Shown here piece after piece: positions 10,639-21,612 of a stretch of 64,000 nt of DNA; positions within the stretch are counted from its first letter, which is position 1; each line of letters begins with the position of its first letter. Where the stretch lies: the NCBI GenBank assembly GCA_002811645.1, contig PDIP01000008.1, positions 78,749-142,748 of the forward strand. The letters run 5' to 3'. The notes under the pieces are model-generated. The model was not told where the DNA came from, did no database searches, and worked only from the letters and a program-made list of their open reading frames with translations. This DNA comes from Corallochytrium limacisporum Hawaii (Eukaryota > Protista > Pluriformea). Made by a program: the position numbers and the translations under genes.

Positions 10639-11763
10639 TCAGTCTAGTCCGAATGAAGACTTGTCCTTCGGTGTCCGTTTGTGATTCTTGGGGTCCCGTT
10701 GATCCCCAAAGATATCGTCAAAGGCCCTGCCTAGGCTCTGAATGACGTCTGGAGTGGTTGTGCTCCGGCCACACTGTTGGAAAGCAAGGTAGCCAGCTCG
10801 GCGGGTCAAGGTGGCCGCCCCAAGAGCCGCCAACATGGCGCGGTTCTGCCATTTATCTACGTCTATCAACTCCTTATCTACGCCTGCAAGCATGGACTTG
10901 CGATCAAAGGCCCAAGACAAGAAGGTACCCATCGTCCCAGCCAAAACATCCCCCTGGCCACCGCTGCGCCGCCAATTGCCCTGTTCATCGCACCTAAGCG
11001 CGGAAAGTGATAACGAAGCCCCTTCACAACTGATTGTGTCCACTTCCGCTTTCCGCACCACCACCATACCACCCAAACCAGTGCTAAGCTTCTTCACCTG
11101 TTCTTCAGCGGTCCCTTGGTCCTCGGACAGGTCTTGATCGGGCACAAAGGCCTCCCAAAGGTAGCGAAATTCGTTAACGTTGGGAGTTACGATCCCTGCG
11201 CCAGTGCTATTCGATCTCAGTGATTGCACAAGCCCACGATTTTGACTGAGCAAAAAACATCCGTCACCGTCAAATAGCAGTGGAACGCTATGTTCAACAG
11301 CGGCGAGGGCTACTGCAGTCGCGCATTCAAGCATGATCTTGTCCCTTCCAAGACCTGGCCCAATCACCACCGCACTAGACCGCCGTATCCAACTGATGAC
11401 GTCCCCTTCGTCCATGAAGTATCTACCTATATTTGCTTGGGGCACTTCGAGACCATACTTTGTTACCTCGTTCTGAGTCGCAAACACACCGCGAACGATG
11501 AGTTCGGGAGAGTAGGACTTGATCACTGGAGCCGCGTCCCGGGAACACAGCACAAAAGCCAGGTCTGCTCCGGCCCTCAAACTACTCTCTGCTGCATAGT
11601 AGGGAGCGCCCGTATACTCATCGCAGCCTCCAACAATCATGATCTTGCCTGCTTGGCCCTTGTGCCCGACACGCAGCGGCGGTGGCACATGTGACATCAA
11701 GTACCGAATTACCTTACCCATTTTATCTGCCATGATCAATTGGTTCCCCGTCTGCTTTGTCAT
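10639..11763 (-). CDS. NAXD: ATP-dependent (S)-NAD(P)H-hydrate dehydratase (CARKD/NAXD)
   Basis: Motifs HKGQAGKIMIVGGCDEYTGAPY, IKSYSPELIV, VIGPGLGRD, TPNVNEF and RRSGGQGDVLAG. First ATG is 11763 (alternative 11733); the track start at 11778 is GTG. Confidence 0.93.
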   Translation of the reverse strand: MTKQTGNQLIMADKMGKVIRYLMSHVPPPLRVGHKGQAGKIMIVGGCDEYTGAPYYAAESSLRAGADLAFVLCSRDAAPVIKSYSPELIVRGVFATQNEVTKYGLEVPQANIGRYFMDEGDVISWIRRSSAVVIGPGLGRDKIMLECATAVALAAVEHSVPLLFDGDGCFLLSQNRGLVQSLRSNSTGAGIVTPNVNEFRYLWEAFVPDQDLSEDQGTAEEQVKKLSTGLGGMVVVRKAEVDTISCEGASLSLSALRCDEQGNWRRSGGQGDVLAGTMGTFLSWAFDRKSMLAGVDKELIDVDKWQNRAMLAALGAATLTRRAGYLAFQQCGRSTTTPDVIQSLGRAFDDIFGDQRDPKNHKRTPKDKSSFGLD

Positions 11764-12175
11764 TATATTCCTTAGCACCTCTCGGATAAACTTGCTTCGT
11801 CGTCATCTTTAACTGCTAATGGAACACATTGCTATGTGAGAGTGTTCAACTTGTACCCTTCGATCCTCACACTTTGGGCTTGCAGTGGCAACTCGAGTAC
11901 GAACCTATTCAACTCTACTGGGCAGTGCGACGAGTCGGTCGAGCGGGTTTTTTGGAGGCGACAGGTAGGAAACAGGGAGTTCCCGCGTAACGCCAGAACA
12001 CGGGGAAACTGAGGAGGGGGAATGTTTCCCATCTCATGCGAACAAACTGTGGGCTAGTTGACAGTAGTCAAATCAAGAACAAAGTTGAATGTAATAGCAC
12101 GCTTGCTTATACGAGGATTTTACGTGACCCTGTGCTGTGGCACAACTACAACATCTTTGCTTTCCTCCAGTTTAA

Positions 12176-15100
12176 TCAATCGAGCAAAATGGAGTAGCGC
12201 TCTTTCCATGACGTTTCCCATGTGTCGAGGATCATTTTGTTAATCGCAGGACTGTCCATATCTGGACTGACTTCAGCATTGACGAGTGCATTTACGAAGT
12301 CATTGCAGGCTTTGGTCAGGGCTGGATCGTAAGCCACTTCCGTGACATATTTTTGCATGCGAATGGCACGTGAAAGGAAGTCCAAGTCAGGGGAAGCCGC
12401 ATCTGACCGAGTGCTGAGGCACTTCTCGGCTGGTTCCAGGCAATCCAGGTACGCAGCGACCACGAGTGTGGTGAGAATGACGTTGTACGCATTCATGTGG
12501 GAAAGCATAAGAATGCTCTCCAATAGTTCCATACTTCTCTTTCCTCCCACACGCCAAAGACCGTACTCGGTCTTTGTACTGTTCTCCTTGGCAGGGTGAC
12601 CATTCTCCCCTCCGTTCTCCTGCGCTTCTGTCTCCCCTTCTGTAGATGCTTCAAATGTCCATGCCTCAAACTTGCCCTTACTGGTGTGCTGGTCTTGAGC
12701 GACCATCAGCAGGTTTGGCAGACCTACCGGGCCCACCAGACCTGTCGCAGCCATCAAGAAGCGGTGGGCTGGCAGGCGCTCCTGGAGCATATCGGGGTCA
12801 CTGTTAGCGTTCTCAGGGATACTGGTGTTGCTTGTGGTAGCCTGCAATTTGCCCACGGCAGCACTGTCTTCGTCTTTGGTAACATCCACCGCACTGCCCG
12901 CCTTGGTCACCCCTGTATTGCTCACTTGTTTGAGCGGAGCATCAGACGAAGCCGTCTTCAAGCAAAGTATCAGTGATTTCCACGCTGGTAGAATTATAGC
13001 GACCAGGTCGTCTTCGACCTCCGTCAGCCAAATGGGCAGCATCTGGCCAATCTTGTGCACCCACCGCAAGCGTTTGCCTAAATCCGCTCCGAATCCACCG
13101 GGAAAGGGTGCACCGTGCCTCTCCATGTAAGTACGCAATCGCGGTTCCACCTCGATACCCACATCTGCACAAACAAAGAGCAGGAATGCTTTGTAGCCAA
13201 CAGCGGAAAGGATACTGTCTCGTTCCACATTGGGTGCCAGCATATGTGCGTCCAACTCGCTCAGTTCCGTAAATTTGACATCGCTTGCCGTCCCGTTGCC
13301 CTGGGGTTTCTTCAAGGAAGAATTGTTGCTGCCCAAAGATCCAGCCCGCTTGCGCAACACACCCTTCACGTTCGAGGTTGATGGCGTCGAAGTCACCTCA
13401 TCATCACCCATATCCAAAACCATGTCCGCGTTGGAAATTGTGGGATCAGTCCCCGCGGCAGCCAGGTCTTCTCCATCGACGCCTGAACCTCGCACCGGCT
13501 CCAGTGTCATTGACCCTGAGATTGTTGGATATTTTTGGTCACGTGCACGTCCACTTTCCCGGGGACTGGGTGTATCTAGCTCTGCATCTAGGTCCGCAAA
13601 GGAGACCGAGGTACCCCGCAACCGCCCGCGCGGTTTGGTGGGAATTGTATCCCGAATCGCCGACCGTGAGACACGCTCCGATCCGGGGACTGACCGTGGA
13701 TAGGGAGTGCCGGACGCACGCCGTCGTGAATTGATCAGCGGACTACCAGGTGCGCGGTTTTTGGTCTTGAGATACTCTGTGACCTGTACACTCATTTCAT
13801 TCAGTATGCTGACGGTCACGGCGTAGCCAAGGTGTCGCGGAGGCATTTTCAGCTTTGGGAAGTGGAAGACGCCACCGACTATCTCGGCGATTCGTGCCAT
13901 ATCAATACGAGAGTCACCAGGGGGCGGTGGCAAGGATCGGAATGGTCCTTCCATGTTGACATTGTGGTAGAAAGGATCCTGAGAGAAATCAAAGTCACCC
14001 TTCATCACAGCCTTCCGTAAGGATGCCCGTGAACGTTCGGAGTTCGGTCCACAGAGCGTCACTATGAGTGCCCGAATAGTTTCAGTAACGTCTGTCATTT
14101 GTGTGGCCACGTATTTCTTCAAGTAATTACCCTCACTGCTCTTAACATCGCAGAGATCGCTGAGCAAGATGTTGATAATGGATAAAGCCTTCGCAATCCC
14201 TAAGGGCAACACAGGATGTCCCTCAATCCATCCGCTGGTCAGGTCAGTCCGACTGAAAGCGGGTTTAAAGAGAGCCATAACCAAGAGGTTCCTGATCACA
14301 TTATATTCTGTGGTCTGAAACCGCATGATAATGTTATCATGAAGGTTCCGACAGAACCATGACAAATCTTCCGGAGGGTTCTCCTTGGCCGCGTTTGCCA
14401 ATGCTTCGAACATTTCTGAATATAAGCCTCCAATATTCTTTACATTCTCAATGTAAAGCTTGGGCCCAACATCCCGTCCAATTTCGAACGACGTTCCTGC
14501 CTGGACATGGTGTTGCAAGAGAGGGCCTAGGATTTTCTGCATCCATGGCAGAGCAACACGCTGAATCACCTTGGATACGATAAGGAATAGGCTGTTCTGT
14601 TGATCCTCGAGAATACTATTGGGGTTGCCTGCTAAGCTTACTGCGTAGGGAATGAGTTCGCGCATAAGCTCTCCGATGCGTCTATGTCTCTGATACACAT
14701 CCACCACAGTCCCGTAGAACTCTCGCTTGATCTCCCACTCAGCCGCGTTGTCCAGGAAGTGGAAAACGGAGAAAGGCGACTCCAATAAGAGCCCACTAAG
14801 GCTGCTGCTGATGTACAGTGGTACTACTTCAGTTGTGGAACGCATTGATCGGATGCGAATGCGAGGACCACGAAGTTGTCCCCGAGGAGTCTGCACATCG
14901 TACAGGGCGACAGACTCTTTGTCAGTTGGTAAATCAATGATAGGTAAGGACACCATACCCAGAAGAATTTCACTGAGCAAAGCCTTTGCATACAGGAATA
15001 TCTTGATTTCCGAATGCTTACCCTTGAGATCACCCAGCATTAACCCGTGCTTCCATACAGGGGCACTGACATTAGGACTCTTCTTTGTGACGCAGACAAT

Positions 15101-15868
15101 TTCTGTATCCAACATAACAACGCACCAATACTCTCCCTTGCTCCATTCCGCCATCTCTTCAATGCTGACGAATACATCGTCTAGCATTTCATGCGACTGA
15201 AGAATTACACTTCGCAGGGCGGACAGGGCAAAGTCACGATCAGTAGCGTTCTCCATGCGAAGGAAAATGTCACATGGCTGTGTGTAGTCCCGGATCATAA
15301 CCACAAAGAAATACCCAATCACACTCGCACAAACTTGCCTGACACTGGTGTTGGTTGCAATTGGGAACTCTAACGCCAACCCCGGAGAGCCTTTCTGCAG
15401 CTTCCGCCACAGGATATGCTGTTGACCAATCTGACCCTTACCCATAAGGTGAACCTGACTTGCCAAACTGGTCAGAGATGGGACATGTTTTACCTTCTTC
15501 TCTATCGCAGGTTGCGACTCGGCACCGGCTTCAAGTTCTTCAGATGGTGACGACACAATCTCAGGTGCCTCTACCAGATTAGATTCTGCGATGTGTGCAT
15601 AGAATCCGGAGTTCCTGAGCAGTTTGTTTCTCACATTGTACAATTTCTTTACGTCCTTAGCGTAGTCATCTGCCACCTTCACCTTCGGCCTGGCCTTTGT
15701 CAACTCAAAGGTGAACTTCCGCGGGCTGTCCTCGTCTACTTTCAGAATACCATCTATGAAATGAGACGGCTTCGGCTCATGGTTGCGTTCTACTACGAGG
15801 ATGGAGGCGTTACAGGAGAAAGGAATGCCCACAGGCATCTGCTCATAGTCAAATTGTGGATTCGCCAT
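12176..15868 (-). CDS. Large C2 + RasGAP-like domain protein, catalytically divergent
   Basis: 1230 aa. C2-like segment (APVWKHGLML..IKIFLY..LGMVSLPI) then RasGAP-like helices (PWMQKILGPLL, SFEI, PPEDLSWFCRNL, LFKPAF), a disordered linker and a helical C-terminus. Confidence 0.65.
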   Translation of the reverse strand: MANPQFDYEQMPVGIPFSCNASILVVERNHEPKPSHFIDGILKVDEDSPRKFTFELTKARPKVKVADDYAKDVKKLYNVRNKLLRNSGFYAHIAESNLVEAPEIVSSPSEELEAGAESQPAIEKKVKHVPSLTSLASQVHLMGKGQIGQQHILWRKLQKGSPGLALEFPIATNTSVRQVCASVIGYFFVVMIRDYTQPCDIFLRMENATDRDFALSALRSVILQSHEMLDDVFVSIEEMAEWSKGEYWCVVMLDTEIVCVTKKSPNVSAPVWKHGLMLGDLKGKHSEIKIFLYAKALLSEILLGMVSLPIIDLPTDKESVALYDVQTPRGQLRGPRIRIRSMRSTTEVVPLYISSSLSGLLLESPFSVFHFLDNAAEWEIKREFYGTVVDVYQRHRRIGELMRELIPYAVSLAGNPNSILEDQQNSLFLIVSKVIQRVALPWMQKILGPLLQHHVQAGTSFEIGRDVGPKLYIENVKNIGGLYSEMFEALANAAKENPPEDLSWFCRNLHDNIIMRFQTTEYNVIRNLLVMALFKPAFSRTDLTSGWIEGHPVLPLGIAKALSIINILLSDLCDVKSSEGNYLKKYVATQMTDVTETIRALIVTLCGPNSERSRASLRKAVMKGDFDFSQDPFYHNVNMEGPFRSLPPPPGDSRIDMARIAEIVGGVFHFPKLKMPPRHLGYAVTVSILNEMSVQVTEYLKTKNRAPGSPLINSRRRASGTPYPRSVPGSERVSRSAIRDTIPTKPRGRLRGTSVSFADLDAELDTPSPRESGRARDQKYPTISGSMTLEPVRGSGVDGEDLAAAGTDPTISNADMVLDMGDDEVTSTPSTSNVKGVLRKRAGSLGSNNSSLKKPQGNGTASDVKFTELSELDAHMLAPNVERDSILSAVGYKAFLLFVCADVGIEVEPRLRTYMERHGAPFPGGFGADLGKRLRWVHKIGQMLPIWLTEVEDDLVAIILPAWKSLILCLKTASSDAPLKQVSNTGVTKAGSAVDVTKDEDSAAVGKLQATTSNTSIPENANSDPDMLQERLPAHRFLMAATGLVGPVGLPNLLMVAQDQHTSKGKFEAWTFEASTEGETEAQENGGENGHPAKENSTKTEYGLWRVGGKRSMELLESILMLSHMNAYNVILTTLVVAAYLDCLEPAEKCLSTRSDAASPDLDFLSRAIRMQKYVTEVAYDPALTKACNDFVNALVNAEVSPDMDSPAINKMILDTWETSWKERYSILLD

Positions 15869-16580
15869 TGTGTTGTGGCGTTTCTACATAGACTCAATCT
15901 CTACCCAGCTCTGACTGACATAGTGAGATGCCTGAGGTACGGCGTTTCTTGCACCGGTGATCTTGCAAACGTTATCTTCACTACATGAACTCAGACTTAC
16001 CCTTTTCTAAGGTGGCAATTGACCCACGTAGAAGGCGCTCATTTCATACCACCACAAGCGATCCCGTCCACCAAGAATCGGTAATTTACACTCATTCCTC
16101 CACTGTCAACATTGGACAAGGGAACCCCGTCCCCCCTACCCATCCCCGCTATCGCAACTAATCAACAAGCAAAGTAGCATGTACTGGTACCGCCCGCCCA
16201 ACCCAATCCCTCTAAGAATATATATCTCCCGAAAACACAGTCCTCCTAATTCATGAATAGGAAAAAAGGAGGGGTGCGCGCCGCTTCCTTGGTGCGCCGG
16301 TGTTTGGGGGTGGAGGCGAGTCAAAAAAAAGAGATCTTCGACAGCCCACTATGCTTTCCTTACACAGTGGTTACTCGGAACAGGACGGCCCTTTCGCCTC
16401 ATCCGTCTCGACGGCCCCCCCCCCCCAGAGCGCCTTCCCAACCACCCCTGACGCCCACCAGTCGCAGGCGTTTCTTCCGATTCCCATTCCCTCCCATTCC
16501 CCACACAGAACCCTTTCGTCCCCGTGCCGGTGTTGCAGCAGTCATCACTTTTTCCATACGTTCTCTACCGTTGGAGGCTG

Positions 16581-16587
16581 TATAAAA
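16581..16587 (+). promoter_or_regulatory. Candidate TATA box
   Basis: TATAAAA directly after a C-rich tract in the divergent RasGAP/Spt20 spacer. Function is unverified. Confidence 0.3.
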
Positions 16588-18045
16588 TCGCCGCGCAAAA
16601 AGCCACACGAACACAACGAAGTGGTGGTACGCGCATACCAACAAGGCAGGCCGGCAGAACGGTAAGGCTACTCGTCCTTTGTCCTTTTCGCTCTGCATTC
16701 CACCTGCGGGTCCACCGCCGCTGGGGCCCCTTTCTGGCCCATGCCCGTCCGTGTGTTTGGTTTTTCTTCTCCGTGGGCGCACTGCAAAAATATTTCTTCC
16801 TGTTTATCTAGGGTTTCCATAGAGAAAATACAGCGTTTGTGCGAGGTGAAGTGCGTGGAGCAAGACACATCGACGCGCTCACCTTTTGTGCGTCAGAGTC
16901 CGTGCCCTTTTTTTGATTTCGGGTGTTTCTCAGTCTAGGTTTGCTGCGGACGGATTAGGACCCTGCTCATTGGCTGGACCGTAGATTGTGGCACTTTTGT
17001 TTATGGAGCGGACTCTCTAACCGATCACTTCCGTCGAAGAGAACAAAGGAATTGGGATGGGCTCTGTCGGGTATGGAATTTTTGGGCCCCCGAGTCGCAA
17101 GCGGGCAACACGCATAGCTCTAAATGTGGTCGCAGCGGGGTAGTAGCGCAAGCAACGGTGCGCCAGACTGGGCTTCTGCCTGTCCATACTCGTCGAAGTT
17201 GCATCCGTTTCAAGACCCGTTTTGTACAGTGGGGACGATCCCATGGGAAGCTTACTTCACCACTGCGCCAAAGAGTCTTTGAGCATGGACCAACATCCAC
17301 TACCGTGTCCTGTGCAAAGGCAGCTAGCTATTCGCGGCTGGAGGTGGCCATGGAGAATGGGGATGGTAGCGGATCACTTCGCCGTTATCGAATGATGAAC
17401 AACCCACGTTAAATTAGATCCTACATAGTGTCACCTACGATACAAATCTACCGTGCAACTGCTGGAATTCAGGGTGGTTAGTGGGCTGTGGCCATGCTAA
17501 ACACCACTGTCCCACTAGAGCAGATGTGGATGACGGCATCTCCGAAGGATATACGCCATGTGAATGCGCTAAAACGGGAGTCTGATATTGGGATAGTTAG
17601 GGGCCTAATTTTTTGCCCCGGCGGCTAAGGGGAGCAACGGCGGAGCGAGTTCCAGGCGCCAGGTCGGGGTCTCAGAAAGGCAGAGGAGAGAAATCCGATA
17701 TTTCCTAGCCACATCGCCGTCTGCACAATTGCCTTCCCAGGACGTTTCAAGTTGGGAACCAGTTGCGAACAATGTATGGGCAGTGGGAATATGGTGCGTC
17801 CTATTCTGCTATTTTGGAATGCACTAGTTTTCAGCATCTGAGCGCAGTTTACATAGTGAGAGAACTGCGAAGCTGGCATGAATTGTCACTCGTGAGTGCC
17901 CATGGTTAGCGACGTAGTGAAGCTACTTTGCATGCGAGTTATCGATTGATCGGGCAATATGTGTGGGCTGACATAAGATTGACGGACCTTTTTATGCAAA
18001 CGAAATAGCAATATGTGACTCGTCAGGGAGTTCTTTTGAAACAGG

Positions 18046-21000
18046 ATGGTGGGCACAACGGAGCCAGCCGACATGGCTCTTACGCCTGCGCAGGTGAAGC
18101 ATCTGTGGACAATGTGTGAAACAGCTAATACTAACGGGGCTGGAAACACTGCACCAGAAATAGATATCAAAGAATGGCCTCCAGCGTTATCAATATCCAT
18201 ATATGACGATGGAATAGCATTTGATGGGCCGGATGAACCGGAAGAATATGAAAGCGATTCGCGGAGATCCCGGAAACGTTCGATACACCCTTGGTTGCCG
18301 TCTATGGAAGGATTTCTGAGTGATATTGCCCGTGGTTACATTCCTCATGGTCTCGTTTCACTACTGAGGCATCTTGATCCCCCGCCGCGGTATCGTAATG
18401 GGAAACTACGATTCCAGATTATCAACTATGGCGATATGCATGGCGAGCCCACGAAGAGTATCATTGAGCTGCGACCGTCAAATCTCAGCACGTCTTCAGA
18501 CGTTGCAGAATTCGTGTATGAGGAGAATCAAAGCAACGGCATGCGAAAGGGCGCAATTTTGGATGCCAATGAAGTGGAGGCGCAGGTTGTGAATGCGATG
18601 GCAGGGCCATTATGTCTGTCTCCGGATCCAATGGTTGCGATGGTGGACAATTGGATGGCGCATAATAGTGAAGCAATTGGCTTCCGGATTTCGAGCAGTT
18701 TAGACTCTCAATCTATCCCTACCTTTTCACATTTGATGAAATGGTGCGATGATTTTGGTAATATGTCTCTGGGTCAGGACCCTGAGGAAGGACGCGCTTC
18801 TTCGGCAATTGGCGTGAGAAAGGTACTGAGAAAGATGCGTCGGAAGACAGCAGAATCATCTCCATCTGGATCGCTTGTTCCCTTAACTCAGCTGAACAAA
18901 CCATCATACCAGGACCGTGTGAAGATTCTCAACGCGAAAGAGGAGAAGACTACCCCAACATGGCCCAAAGGGATTAAGGTCATACAACCAAAACCGGATC
19001 CGAAGCTAGAGAACGGCAGTGCAGAGCGGGAATCAGGACTTCCGACGCGTGCATCTGTACGGCAAGAGCGATACATGCTGCCTACTGATCCAGAACAATT
19101 CATCGAGATTAGAGCACATCCTGACCTGCCAGAAGGAGCCTGGATTGTCAGACTGTTTGCTGGCACGGGAGATACAGATGTTCTCCTGACCAAGTTTACA
19201 TCTATGAGTGCAGATGATGGCAAGGAAAAGGTTTCAAAGATCGTCGATGAGGACGAACATGTCTTGTTCGACAACTCGACGCTCTACGATTTGGATCCTG
19301 ATGTGGATGAATTGGTGGAGAATGAGAATGAGCGTTTGCCATACTACATCCCGTCGAAACCCGTAGAGAAAACTGATGCCAGCAAGGAGGAGAGCACGAA
19401 GGATGCTACCGAGGAAAAAACGAAAGGCAAGAGCAGCATGAACATAGGAAGTCCAGCAACGTCAGTTAAAAGCAATGTTACAGATGCATCTGCGACAGCA
19501 GCAGCAGCCGCGGCGGCGGCGGTGGTATCCAGTTCATCTCGCAAAGAAGCTGAAGATAGGAGACGTCAGCTGGTGCAAAACTCAGCTCGTGTGCGCGTCG
19601 CAAGTGAACAGGCTGTGGATGCATTGTTCGCAGAAGTGCGCCGACAGAGTCGTCGTCAAGGACTGAAAATGGTTCTTGGTTCGGTCAAGAAACCTGACGA
19701 GGCGAGGTCGCCGTCCGTGGCTTCTGATGCCGACACCCCAATTTCACCACGTAGCAAGCAATTGCCCACGGTAGCGGGAACAGTGAGTAAGAAACGTAAT
19801 GGTAAGGAGCCTCTTTCGGTCCGTCGCCTGAGCGAGTCGTCAGTAGGAAGCGTGTCCAAGAAGAGCAAAGGCATTGCTCCGTCAAAGCTAAGCGCTCAAG
19901 CCAAAAACAAGGCAACTTCTCACAGCACGCCAATTGTCCCGGACAAGGGGAAGGCATCAGCTGGGAAGATGGCCAAGACTAACAGTATCCAGGCAAAGGC
20001 ACCAGCGTCACGAGCAGACAGCCAGACAGGCAAAGGCAAGAATGGACCCAAACATGACAAAAGGGCACAGGCTGCTGCAGCTGCTGCAGCAGTTGCGGCT
20101 GCGGCTAACAAGGATGCAGCCAACGATATCAAGAGCCACGCAAAGGAGAGGGCAAAGGGTAAGAAAGGCAAAGAGGGTCCAGACTATGATGCTGCGAATG
20201 CAGCTGTAATGGCTGCACTAGCAATGCAAAGTGCAGCCGCTCAACAGTCCACTACCACCACGTCCCCACGCAACTCGAAGACAAGTGCAGGCCAATTTGC
20301 GCCGTCATCTCGCAGAAGCTCAGAAGCCAAAGCGCCTCTGGGAGAAGAACAATTGGCAAGAATCGCTGCCACCAAGGCCAGGAATCGGGAGAAGATGGCC
20401 AAGATCAATATCGCCAGTGTCGCGAGTCTGGTGAAGACGGATGGGAATGGGAAACATGTAGGGCCGGTTAGGAGGTCGCCGCAGCAGATTGCAGGTCACT
20501 CAGCTCCAGCAAGCAAACGTGGTCTAGATGCCACGCAGCTCAATCAGCTGCAGGCGTTGCAAAACCAGTTGGCATCTGGACAGTTGCATCGACAGCAACA
20601 GCAACGCACACCGTTTGCAGATGGTGCTGGTAGTCTTCGAACCACCTCACAGGCTACCCTGACGAGCACTGCCGCCGTTGCTCCTAGGACAAGCGCGACT
20701 CCGACGGCCTCCACATCATCAGCTACCAATGTGCGGTCCACTGTGGTCAAACAGGGCGATGTCTCCTCGTCGGCAGCTATGTATCGGCGAGCGAGCCAGC
20801 AGCAGTCCCTTGGTCAGGTACCTCAGCAAGGTGTTAGTTCGAACACCACAACGCAGCAACAGCAGAGGCTGCAAGCACAGCGGCGGGCTCTGAAGCAGTA
20901 CATGGTCCATCGCATGCGGCAACTGGGTAAAACTTCGTTGACCCCTGTGGAGCAACGAAAACTATTTAATGAATTTCAAGTTTTGCAAAAGCGCCGCATT

Positions 21001-21612
21001 GAGCAGATCCGGCAGAAGCAGATGCTGGCACGACAGCAGCAACAGCAACTGCAGCAGCGGCCGACAGGCAGTGCCGTGTCATCCTCTGCGAGTGTTGGGC
21101 AACCAACACTAACATACCAGCAGCGTCTGCTCCTGCAACAGAAGCAACGGCAGCAGCAGCAGCAACAACAACAACAACAACAACGCCAGCGTCAAGTGCA
21201 GGCACAGGTACAGCAACGAATGGCACTGGATGGCAATGGAGACCTTTCCGACCTTTCCAGCATCTTGCAGCGTGGTGCCAGCAGTTCTGCGAGCGATGCC
21301 CTGTCCAACATTCTTGGCGGAATTGGAAGCAGCTCGCAATCACAACCGCTGACCTCACCGGTCTTTGGCAATGCCGGGTCAATGCCAGGGTCTCTCGGTG
21401 GTATGGGTGCTAGTGATGACCTCCTGAGTAGTGTACTTGGTACGGGAAACGCGTCCAGTGGTGGATCAAATTCACTTGGCCTTGATGGCAACAATGGAAA
21501 CGCCAGCCTGCCCTTCAACACACTCAACAACAATGGCCCGCAGCAAGGCATGGACATGAACAATCTCAGTTCCAGTGAGATTGAAAAGTTTTTCAAGGAT
21601 ATATCCCGCTAG
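18046..21612 (+). CDS. SPT20: SAGA complex subunit Spt20 homolog with a long Q/S/A-rich C-terminal region
   Basis: The N-terminus follows the Spt20 pattern: PPALSISIYDDG, FLSDIARGYIP..L, YRNGKLRFQIINY, LRPS..S..DV and EAQVVNAMAGPLCLSPDP. Confidence 0.75.
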   Translation: MVGTTEPADMALTPAQVKHLWTMCETANTNGAGNTAPEIDIKEWPPALSISIYDDGIAFDGPDEPEEYESDSRRSRKRSIHPWLPSMEGFLSDIARGYIPHGLVSLLRHLDPPPRYRNGKLRFQIINYGDMHGEPTKSIIELRPSNLSTSSDVAEFVYEENQSNGMRKGAILDANEVEAQVVNAMAGPLCLSPDPMVAMVDNWMAHNSEAIGFRISSSLDSQSIPTFSHLMKWCDDFGNMSLGQDPEEGRASSAIGVRKVLRKMRRKTAESSPSGSLVPLTQLNKPSYQDRVKILNAKEEKTTPTWPKGIKVIQPKPDPKLENGSAERESGLPTRASVRQERYMLPTDPEQFIEIRAHPDLPEGAWIVRLFAGTGDTDVLLTKFTSMSADDGKEKVSKIVDEDEHVLFDNSTLYDLDPDVDELVENENERLPYYIPSKPVEKTDASKEESTKDATEEKTKGKSSMNIGSPATSVKSNVTDASATAAAAAAAAVVSSSSRKEAEDRRRQLVQNSARVRVASEQAVDALFAEVRRQSRRQGLKMVLGSVKKPDEARSPSVASDADTPISPRSKQLPTVAGTVSKKRNGKEPLSVRRLSESSVGSVSKKSKGIAPSKLSAQAKNKATSHSTPIVPDKGKASAGKMAKTNSIQAKAPASRADSQTGKGKNGPKHDKRAQAAAAAAAVAAAANKDAANDIKSHAKERAKGKKGKEGPDYDAANAAVMAALAMQSAAAQQSTTTTSPRNSKTSAGQFAPSSRRSSEAKAPLGEEQLARIAATKARNREKMAKINIASVASLVKTDGNGKHVGPVRRSPQQIAGHSAPASKRGLDATQLNQLQALQNQLASGQLHRQQQQRTPFADGAGSLRTTSQATLTSTAAVAPRTSATPTASTSSATNVRSTVVKQGDVSSSAAMYRRASQQQSLGQVPQQGVSSNTTTQQQQRLQAQRRALKQYMVHRMRQLGKTSLTPVEQRKLFNEFQVLQKRRIEQIRQKQMLARQQQQQLQQRPTGSAVSSSASVGQPTLTYQQRLLLQQKQRQQQQQQQQQQQRQRQVQAQVQQRMALDGNGDLSDLSSILQRGASSSASDALSNILGGIGSSSQSQPLTSPVFGNAGSMPGSLGGMGASDDLLSSVLGTGNASSGGSNSLGLDGNNGNASLPFNTLNNNGPQQGMDMNNLSSSEIEKFFKDISR
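21151..21183 (+). repeat. (CAG)4(CAA)7 polyglutamine repeat in the Spt20-like CDS
   Basis: Read directly; encodes 11 consecutive Gln. Confidence 0.9.

Noticed and set aside
17365-17590. U3-like GGATCACTTC with C and D boxes
   Set aside because: Box A' and box B are absent and no rRNA guide was recognised. It is kept only as part of the generic ncRNA candidate.
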